Virus record (IMG/VR): IMGVR_UViG_3300045988_138996
Span: 160,001-224,000 of that record
Length of the DNA: 64,000 nucleotides
Strand: one strand, 5' to 3'
DNA from: a virus
Shown here: in pieces, positions 37,877-44,470 of the stretch
How positions within the stretch are numbered: position 1 is the stretch's first letter
Layout: every line of letters begins with the position of its first letter
Position numbers and translations under genes: made by a program
The notes under the pieces: generated by a model
What the model was told of the DNA's origin: nothing
What the model saw: the letters and a program-made list of their open reading frames with translations, nothing else
Database searches by the model: none

Positions 37877-38040
37877 GGTGACAGGTGTCCGCCCTATTAT
37901 ATATTTATTAGTATAGTGTTGGATAATACTATAATACTAATAAGAGAGGGCGGCACCGTATTCGACTTCCGACGCTTGCAACGTTTCGCTATCGCTTAGG
38001 CGTTGCTGCGTCTCTGGTCGTCGAATACTCACCTGTCACC
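37877..38040 (+). ncRNA. candidate structured RNA (three-way-junction-like, about 164 nt)
   Basis: Closing stem GGTGACAGGTG (37877-87) / CACCTGTCACC (38030-40). It encloses arm 1, CCGCCCT (37889-95) / AGGGCGG (37947-53), and arm 2, GTATTCGAC (37958-66) / GTCGAATAC (38020-28). Arm 2 has inner stems GACGC/GCGTC and GCAACG/CGTTGC. Confidence 0.5.
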
Positions 38041-38147
38041 TTTGTCTTAATTTCGGCAGTGTCCCTTCGGGTCTTTACTGCGGAATATATTCTTTCTTGT
38101 GTTATTTAGCCGATCCGGCGGTAGTAGTTTACTAGTGTGTTCTGTAT

Positions 38148-38166
38148 GACGCTCCGCGTCGAAATT
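38148..38166 (+). promoter_or_regulatory. TCC-loop hairpin motif, copy b (GACGC-TCC-GCGTC-GAAATT)
   Basis: Compensatory stem relative to copy a. 58 nt upstream of ATG 38224. Followed by ATGAGGG-TATTTT-CCCTCAT plus a T-run. Confidence 0.6.
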
Positions 38167-38223
38167 ATTTATGAGGGTATTTTCCCTCATTTTTCTTTTA
38201 TTATTCATAGGAGGAGAAAAACT

Positions 38224-38628
38224 ATGAAAACCGTTAAAGTTATTAAAGTTGATATGCCTTGTCAAAAAAGAAGAAATCCTATTCTTGATGTTATTAAGGT
38301 TGAAGTTAAAAAGGTTGAAGAGCCTGTTAAGGACAAGTTCTTGAGCCATCCGTTATTTAAAGATTATTTTGTTCGTGAAGCTGGAGTATTTGCTCCAGAA
38401 ACCGAATGCTGGAGATTTTCTGTTCCTGGTCATGATGATATGGAAGTTTCTGTAATCAGAAGTTCTATGACTTATGGAGGCAGTAAGGGACTGTTTGAAC
38501 TAGCCATGTTGCGTAACGACAAGTGTTGTTATGACACACCTATTACTAATGATGTACGTGGCTGGTTAGAAGTTGAAGATGTGTTGGACATTCTAGAAGA
38601 TGTTCAACGCATTTACGAGGAGGCGTAG
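38224..38628 (+). CDS. hypothetical protein
   Basis: Start at ATG 38224 after AGGAGGAG (MKTVKVIKV...). 134 aa. Confidence 0.55.
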   Translation: MKTVKVIKVDMPCQKRRNPILDVIKVEVKKVEEPVKDKFLSHPLFKDYFVREAGVFAPETECWRFSVPGHDDMEVSVIRSSMTYGGSKGLFELAMLRNDKCCYDTPITNDVRGWLEVEDVLDILEDVQRIYEEA

Positions 38629-38629
38629 C

Positions 38630-38917
38630 ATGAAATTCATACTTTTCGGTGAGGCTATGCCGAAAACCGAATTTAATGCTGTGGACTGCTACCACGCGTT
38701 AGAATACGCTTTGGGCACCTTCTTCAAGGATTGTGTCGTTGCAGAAAATGTGACATCACTTGAAGAAGGCGTCGTAGCGGTCTGTATTCGTTCATGGGCA
38801 AATATCGGTTCTGAAGAAGAGCCGGTGTCATATGAACGGCATCCGGTGTATTTGCTAGAAGAGGCAAGATATAACAAATTATCGCCTCATACTCTAGCAA
38901 TCATAACTGGAGAATAG
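38630..38917 (+). CDS. hypothetical protein
   Basis: Start at ATG 38630 after GAGGAGG (MKFILFGE...). 95 aa. Confidence 0.55.
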   Translation: MKFILFGEAMPKTEFNAVDCYHALEYALGTFFKDCVVAENVTSLEEGVVAVCIRSWANIGSEEEPVSYERHPVYLLEEARYNKLSPHTLAIITGE

Positions 38918-38943
38918 CCCCCCGCCGGGGCTAAACCTTCTAC

Positions 38944-38995
38944 GGGGTACTATGTCGACATTTACGGCATGGTACTCCTGTTGAAGTTTTTGTTT
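38944..38995 (+). terminator. terminator-like hairpin
   Basis: GGGGTACTATG / CATGGTACTCC forms an 11-bp stem. Two G.U pairs work only for + strand RNA. Followed by a T-rich tail GTTTTTGTTT. Confidence 0.5.
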
Positions 38996-39014
38996 GCGAC
39001 TCCGTCGCGAAATT
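38996..39014 (+). promoter_or_regulatory. TCC-loop hairpin motif, copy c (GCGAC-TCC-GTCGC-GAAATT)
   Basis: Compensatory stem. 56 nt upstream of ATG 39070. Confidence 0.6.
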
Positions 39015-39069
39015 TTTCACGAGGCAATTTCGCCTCACATTCGTTATTCTACATGGAAGGAGAAAAGTT

Positions 39070-39231
39070 ATGCCAGTAGAAACAGTTTATAATTATCATT
39101 TAATAGATGTTGATAGAGAAATGTTCTCCGTTACAACATCTGATACTACTTCCGAAGTACTCAGAGAGTACCAAGGTTATGTATTAGTCGAAAGAGAAGT
39201 AATAGGCTATAGAGCAATCTTAGCCGACTAA
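39070..39231 (+). CDS. small hypothetical protein (53 aa, not in ORF track)
   Basis: GGAAGGAG RBS 6 nt upstream. MPVETVYNYHLIDVDREMFSVTTSDTTSEVLREYQGYVLVEREVIGYRAILAD. Bracketed by motif c and a hairpin. Confidence 0.55.
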   Translation: MPVETVYNYHLIDVDREMFSVTTSDTTSEVLREYQGYVLVEREVIGYRAILAD

Positions 39232-39236
39232 TAATG

Positions 39237-39275
39237 AGGTGCTGGTAAGAAATTGCCGGCACCTTGCTTTAATTT
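39237..39275 (+). terminator. terminator-like hairpin
   Basis: AGGTGCTGG / CCGGCACCT with one G.U pair, followed by TGCTTTAATTT. Confidence 0.4.
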
Positions 39276-39316
39276 AGTATTTAATATTTCATTATAAACA
39301 TGAGGAGGATATTATC

Positions 39317-39463
39317 ATGTTAAAGAAACAATTCGTACAATGGCTTAATTCTTTTTACGCGGAATACCCTGTAACATTCCGCGTGTTCTGGTTCCTAGTG
39401 GGCTGGACTGTAGGCAGTGCAGTAAAGATGGCAGTGTTGCAACATCGCCTTAACAAACGCTAG
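39317..39463 (+). CDS. small membrane protein (48 aa, not in ORF track)
   Basis: GAGGAGG RBS. MLKKQFVQWLNSFYAEYPVTFRVFWFLVGWTVGSAVKMAVLQHRLNKR has one TM segment. Confidence 0.5.
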   Translation: MLKKQFVQWLNSFYAEYPVTFRVFWFLVGWTVGSAVKMAVLQHRLNKR

Positions 39464-39503
39464 GCGATAGAAGGTTTCGCTGGAGGGTTAACTTCTGAAG
39501 TTT

Positions 39504-39521
39504 CCCCTCCGGGGCGAAATC
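39504..39521 (+). promoter_or_regulatory. TCC-loop hairpin motif, copy d (CCCC-TCC-GGGG-CGAAATC), orphan
   Basis: Fully compensated stem. No ORF follows. A terminator-like hairpin starts 6 nt downstream. Confidence 0.5.
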
Positions 39522-39526
39522 TCCTG

Positions 39527-39563
39527 TGACCCTCTATTAATAGCTAGGGTCATATTTATTTTT
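39527..39563 (+). terminator. terminator-like hairpin after motif d
   Basis: TGACCCT ... AGGGTCA followed by TATTTATTTTTATT. Confidence 0.5.
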
Positions 39564-39694
39564 ATTATAAAGCTTTATATAAGCTACCGTAGGTGCTATG
39601 TACTCATAATACCTCCCTTTAATAAGATACACAACAACCTAATGTGCATCTACGGTAGTTGATATAAGGTTTTATATACCTTACGAGATTGAGA

Positions 39695-39712
39695 GGGCTC
39701 CGCCCCGAAATC
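39695..39712 (+). promoter_or_regulatory. TCC-loop hairpin motif, copy e (GGGC-TCC-GCCC-CGAAATC)
   Basis: 205 nt upstream of ATG 39917. The intervening leader folds into several hairpins. Confidence 0.6.
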
Positions 39713-39916
39713 TTTCATGGGGCCTTCTGTGTGGAGGTCCCTTTCATACTTTTCTCCTCTTCTCCAGTAGTTAGGTCTGCTGGAGATATGAGGGCTAGAT
39801 GAGCATTGACTTATCTAGCCTTGATATCTCTTGCAAGTGTGTGTTGATGCAAGAGGAGATTTTATTTTCACTATGGCACGTGAAGCCATAGTACTTTTAA
39901 GAAGGAGGACATTACA

Positions 39917-40633
39917 ATGTCTAAGAAAACAGCTTTCGCAACAATTACTGCATTTTTATTCGGTTCCAATGCTAACGGCTGGAGCCAAATGCTATCAGCA
40001 GTAGTAGCTGGTAAAAATGGTGTGCGTGACACCAAACCAACTCACGTAACAGTAGCAGGTCAAAGCTACGTAGGTCAAGGTATTGACGCATTAGCACAGT
40101 TGTTGGAACTGTTCGCCAACAAATCTGTGAATTATGCACGTTTTACAGCAGAGGTTATTACATCCGATGCTGTAGCAATTCGTGCATACAGCATTATGAA
40201 AGGCTTGAAAGATGGTTTAACACCTGCAAAGGTTGCTGACCATGTAATGAAACAAGCCGACTCTGCGGAAGACCGCGAGTGCTTTAAACGTTTCGCAATG
40301 GCGTTGAAAGATTGCCAACAACAAAACGTGATGCTTCGTATCTCCCGCTTGTCTCAAGAGCACAGCTATGCTCTTGAAATCCCCGAAGGCGTAGAAGTAA
40401 ACGCCGGGGATATTATCAAGTTCGACCGTGGCGTGTCTGAAGATGGCGTGAAGTTGGCATATGGAGTGCAATCCAGCTACGCTTATGAATTAGCTAAGGT
40501 CAATGATGAGCTTAAAGCTCTCAGACCTAAAAACACTCCAAACAGCAAGCATCGTATGGCTTGCATTAATGGTACTCTTAATCTCATTCGTGAGATTAAG
40601 GCTGAAGAAGTGTCTGCAGAAGACCTTATCTAA
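39917..40633 (+). CDS. hypothetical protein
   Basis: 238-aa ORF after AAGGAGGA. Codon usage is G+C-richer than the rest of the window. Confidence 0.6.
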   Translation: MSKKTAFATITAFLFGSNANGWSQMLSAVVAGKNGVRDTKPTHVTVAGQSYVGQGIDALAQLLELFANKSVNYARFTAEVITSDAVAIRAYSIMKGLKDGLTPAKVADHVMKQADSAEDRECFKRFAMALKDCQQQNVMLRISRLSQEHSYALEIPEGVEVNAGDIIKFDRGVSEDGVKLAYGVQSSYAYELAKVNDELKALRPKNTPNSKHRMACINGTLNLIREIKAEEVSAEDLI

Positions 40634-40637
40634 CATT

Positions 40638-40662
40638 GGGGGCATTAGCCCCCTTTATTTTT
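40638..40662 (+). terminator. rho-independent terminator
   Basis: GGGGGC-ATTA-GCCCCC followed by TTTATTTTTATT. Confidence 0.8.
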
Positions 40663-40684
40663 ATTAATAAAGAGGAGGCCCACA

Positions 40685-41182
40685 ATGGCAACTTTTAATC
40701 TTAAACACGCAAATCCTGAAGTTATTAGTTATATGGCTGAAAAAATTCAGGTAGAATATCAAGGTACCGTTGAAGAAATCGACGGCGGTATTAAAGTAGA
40801 ATGTTCTGACGAACATTTAAAAGACATTACGGACGCTTTTTCTAGAGTGAAACGTAATACTACAGTTTCAGGCTGGACTAAAACAGCCACTAAGTTTATT
40901 GGTCGTCAGACCAATACTATTAAAGACGCTGGCATCGGTGCCGTAGGCCTAGGTGCTAAAGGTTTGTTCGGAGGCTTGAAAAAGGTATCCGAATTGGCTA
41001 TGGGTGCGACTAGTGTTATTATCAATGAAGGTAAAGAAGCTTGGAAAGAAGCTAGCGTTAGCGATGAGCTTCGTAACTTGAAGAAGAGCTTCGGCAGTAC
41101 TGGTAGCGATGAAGAAGGCATTGAAATCATTAAAGATAATGCTGAAACTACTGTAAATAAAACTGCCGGTGCAGAAGGCTAA
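40685..41182 (+). CDS. hypothetical protein (Gly/Lys-rich centre)
   Basis: 165-aa ORF after AGAGGAGG. Confidence 0.6.
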   Translation: MATFNLKHANPEVISYMAEKIQVEYQGTVEEIDGGIKVECSDEHLKDITDAFSRVKRNTTVSGWTKTATKFIGRQTNTIKDAGIGAVGLGAKGLFGGLKKVSELAMGATSVIINEGKEAWKEASVSDELRNLKKSFGSTGSDEEGIEIIKDNAETTVNKTAGAEG

Positions 41183-41199
41183 TAATTTCTGCGGACGAT

Positions 41200-41375
41200 T
41201 GCTATTAACCGTCGGTAAATATTAATAGCATATAGCCCTAGTTGTCGAGAGCGAGTGGGACGACAACCTTATTCCGACCCTTAAAAGATGTTCTTGGTCG
41301 GGCTAATAAGATATGAACATCTAAGGTTTATAAGCGGGTGATGTCTGACGCTTATAATCTAAAATGCAGACATCA
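41200..41375 (+). ncRNA. structured 3' region with two tandem pseudoknot-like modules
   Basis: Hairpins TGCTATTAA/TTAATAGCA and GTTGTCG/CGACAAC. PK1: CCGACC (41274-79), AGATGTTC (41286-93), GGTCGG (41296-301), GAACATCT (41315-22). PK2: TATAAGCG (41329-36), TGATGTCTG (41339-47), CGCTTATA (41349-56), CAGACATCA (41367-75). Confidence 0.45.
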
Positions 41376-41380
41376 TAATA

Positions 41381-41436
41381 GGGTTTAGTCTAGAGGGGCA
41401 GGATTTGCTCTCCTAGGCTAAACCTTTATTTTTTCT
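41381..41436 (+). terminator. rho-independent terminator
   Basis: GGTTTAGTCTAG... / ...CTAGGCTAAACC long stem with a G.U pair, followed by TTTATTTTTT. Confidence 0.65.
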
Positions 41437-41654
41437 TATGTTGAATATACATTTAGGTGATACTGTCGTTACAGCGTTAGCTAAATGTATATTTTTTTAT
41501 AATTCGCGAAAAGCATATCGCCTCAGTACGTATGGCGTAATTCGGGTGTTAGCTTTAGCGAAAGTCCATTTTTTTGGACACTTTTGGCAGTGGGCTAATT
41601 TTTTTAGTGACTGCTTTTTTTATCGGAACGATTACGTTTCCGATCGCCAAGAAT

Positions 41655-42215
41655 TATTAAGGAGCGAGCGTCAGCGAGCGACTGTATATTATTTTATATA
41701 TAGTAAGCCCGAGCGAAGCGAGGGCGTATATATCAAGTTCTCTGTGTACTCTCTTCTAAAGAGAGTAGTTTTGTATTTATTTAGTATAGTCTAAGGCGAG
41801 CGAAGCGAGCCGTATATTCTTTGTTTACTTTCTTTTTAAGAAAGTAATTATGTTTATTATTTATTATTAGTAGTTCTCTGCTGTCTCTCTTGTAAAGAGA
41901 GTAGTTATATTATTAGTATTTTATATGTATAGATTCTCTGTTATCTCTCTTATCAAGAGAGTAATTAGTTATTTTATATATATGTATCATAATAGTATTA
42001 ACGCAGCGAGCGAAGCGAGCGGAGTATGTATTATGTAGTATGTAGTTATTCCCGAAGAACGAGGAACGCTAGTGACGAGTGAATTGTAGTGTCCTAGCGT
42101 AAGCGACGATCATAAGAGTATATATTGTATATTATATATAGGGCGAGCGAGGGGAGCGTCAGCGACCGGAGCGAGCATAGTATTATTATATAATATATTA
42201 TAGGGAGCATAGCGA
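41655..42215. repeat. GC-box repeats (GAGCGAAGCGAG-type) each followed by GTAT(A/G)TAT
   Basis: GCCC-GAGCGAAGCGA-GGGC-GTATAT (41707), GGC-GAGCGAAGCGA-GCC-GTATAT (41795), CGC-A-GCGAGCGAAGCGA-GCG-GAGTATGTAT (42002). Degenerate copies at 41661, 42141 and 42203. Confidence 0.6.
41735..41966. repeat. four copies of a 35-nt unit with a CTCTCTT-NNN-AAGAGAG hairpin
   Basis: Hairpins at 41747-67, 41825-47 (variant ACTTTCTT-TTT-AAGAAAGT), 41885-901 and 41945-61. Flanked by TTCTCTG... upstream and TA(G/A)TT downstream. Confidence 0.65.
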
Positions 42216-43483
42216 CCGGAGTATATATATAGTCTTATAGGAGCTAGATAGGCCAATAAGGATTGGTGAATATTTAGTATATCGTGATATAGTATATCGT
42301 ATTATACTATAGTAGTATATAGTAAATATGTGAGATCCTTATTTACAGTAAAAAGAAAAATTCGGCCTTGAAAATTTACAGGTCGTAGACCGGAAAATTT
42401 TAAGTATTTTCCGCCCGGGGATATCTATATCATATATATAGTATAAGAAGGAACGTAGTGACTGGTAGATATATATTATGTTAATAATATAGTATATTTT
42501 CTGCCGTCGGTATTTTGTTAAAAGAGAGACTACTATATATAATAATTTCCGCCTAGGATATTATGGTTTATATATAATATGTTTTTAGTTAATGTTTTTC
42601 CTGTATGCATACGCATACAGATATTAAAAACTTTTAGGGTGGGATATCTTATAATAATATTGAACGTCAGTGAAATGTTATTATAGATTTAAATCTATAT
42701 TAGATATAATTTTAATGAGAGCTATTAATGTGAAGAATAGGGAGCGCCGCGAATCTATTCAGCTATTAAAATTCTTAGTCGACACGATAGTATAGTATGG
42801 TAGAGATCGTGTCGATAGGTTACGAGTGCTAACGAGTTATATGTAGAATTCGTTGAGATGAAGGATGTTATCGATGAGCCCGCGAAGAGAAACATCGTTC
42901 TTTAGAATTCGTAACAATATATCTAATGCGTTTGTGTATTATCAATATATATCAAGAAAATATATACTGATGTGTTTGAGTGAAGCTTGCGAAAAGAAAA
43001 ACGCAATCAATTTTTATATATCGTAACGAAGCCCGTAAGGGTTCGTATTAGTATTATATATAGCTTATGAATATAAGCGTATGTATATAACTATTAATAC
43101 GAATTATACCAAAGTATTAGAAGTTAGTAAGCGTCTAATAAGTAGGTGGTTTTTGTTTGGGATCCGCCGTTATCTTAGTATTTCATTTACTAGCTAAGGT
43201 ATTTAAAAGTCCCTTGCGTTTATTTTAGTCGAGTTATTTTATATATAATATTATATATAATAATAACGAAGAGCCATTACTGTTAAGAATGGATAGTAGA
43301 CGAAATTGGGAACGGGCCCCAATAATAGTTATTATATTCTCTTAGAGAATATATAACGTCAATGGTTCGTCGTGTACGATCCTTTTCGAGTTTCGCAGAA
43401 AATTACGTAAGTAAGAGTTTGTAGCATTTGTAAAATGGGACAACATTTTGTTAGTATTCTCGCTATGTTACACATAGCGACAC

Positions 43484-43513
43484 AAAAAAAGACCCCGAAT
43501 TAATTTCGAGGTC
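43484..43513 (-). terminator. minus-strand rho-independent terminator
   Basis: On the - strand, GACCTCGAA-ATTAA-TTCGGGGTC pairs perfectly with one G.U, followed by 7 T. On the + strand there is a C.A mismatch and no T-run. Confidence 0.6.
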
Positions 43514-43608
43514 GTTATATATTGTTTACTAAAAGCGATGAACTACGTTCATCGGTATATTACTCATGTTTAAGTATAAGTTATTAATAATTTAAAAAAA
43601 TAATTCAG

Positions 43609-43633
43609 AAAATAAAAAAGACCCCGAAGGGCC
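43609..43633 (-). terminator. minus-strand rho-independent terminator
   Basis: On the - strand, GGCCC-TTCG-GGGTC (UUCG loop, one G.U pair) followed by TTTTTTATTTT. Confidence 0.55.
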
Positions 43634-43811
43634 ATTTTTATATAAGTATTTTTTTAATATTCAAAGCGGTGCGAAGCGAAGCGTAGCAAACCGTGGAGCG
43701 TAGCGGAACGGTGAACTGCGTTCACCGGTATATTACTCTGTTTAGATACGTCGTTAATCAAAAATAAAAAAATATTTTTTATTTAATTCTATTATATATA
43801 TAACAAGCAAT

Positions 43812-43853
43812 AAAAAAAACAGCCTCAGATTTTTATGACCTGGACTGTTTTGT
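43812..43853. terminator. bidirectional terminator-like hairpin
   Basis: An A8 run, an imperfect ACAGCC...GGACTGT stem, then TTTTGTGTG. Confidence 0.35.
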
Positions 43854-44007
43854 GTGTGTAAAAACGGAAGCGGTGTAACGTAGTTACACCGGTATATTAC
43901 TCAAGTTAGGTATATCATTAATCAATTTTGTAAAAATAATTAAATATTCATTATTAATGCATAAAGTAAGACAGGGGTATTTTTAAGTTAAAAAAATAGA
44001 AAAAATT

Positions 44008-44035
44008 AAAGTCAGATAATATCTGGCTTTTTTTA
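44008..44035 (+). terminator. plus-strand rho-independent terminator
   Basis: AAAGTCAGAT-AAT-ATCTGGCTTT, where the G.U pair works only on the + strand, followed by TTTTT. Confidence 0.55.
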
Positions 44036-44470
44036 ATTTTAATGTCTGGTTTAGTATATATAGGAAACAATAAAACATAATATACAGAATATGTATATTT
44101 ATGAATACGAGCTTTTTTCAAAAGCGTTCGCCTACCATAGCTTACTCCGAAAAGTTTAAATGAAACGTCGTAAGCGTACTAGTGACGCGGGTTTTTAATA
44201 ATTTTATATTTTAAAATTATGTAGGGTTAGGAACGAGGTATATAAAAATTGCTCCCTTAATAGTTCTTATTTATCTCTTATATATACTATATATATAATA
44301 TAAAAGGATTATTTTTTTATATAGTCCGCCGTCTCCTCACGAGCGCCAACCTGAGTTATATTTAGCTATATATATAGGTATTGCTATAGCTTTATTTAGC
44401 TCTGTATATACGGCTAGACCTATTTAAAACATCTTACCTGTATAGGTAGCTCCCTTGGGGGGTGGGGGGA

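Larger units (their letters stand above)
43536..43902. repeat. three hairpin + GTATATTACTC modules
   Basis: CGATGAAC-TAC-GTTCATCG (43536), CGGTGAAC-TGC-GTTCACCG (43709) and CGGTGTAAC-GTA-GTTACACCG (43871). Each is followed by an invariant GTATATTACTC. The stems covary. Confidence 0.7.

Noticed and set aside
38047-38349. 100-aa minus-strand ORF
   Set aside because: It overlaps motif b, its leader hairpin and the start of the + strand gene at 38224. It has no RBS and an Asn/Arg/Phe-rich translation.
32400-41440. The island as an inserted mobile element or moron
   Set aside because: No integrase, transposase, homing endonuclease or flanking direct or inverted repeats were seen. Its signature promoter-like motif also occurs at 45265, 53728 and 59670 in the AT-rich part. 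The compositional shift is kept as a finding, but not a mobile-element call.
41438-41794. 118-aa + strand ORF at the left edge of the noncoding region
   Set aside because: It starts inside the T-tract of the 41381-41436 terminator, has no RBS and runs across the GC-box and hairpin repeats. The translation is Phe/Tyr/Arg-rich and looks like noise.
41735-41966. Possible CRISPR array (repeated hairpin units with intervening unique DNA)
   Set aside because: There are only four units. The repeats are imperfect, about 35 nt with variable loops and flanks. Spacing is irregular at 60-90 nt. No cas genes or leader are present. The units interleave with other repeat families.
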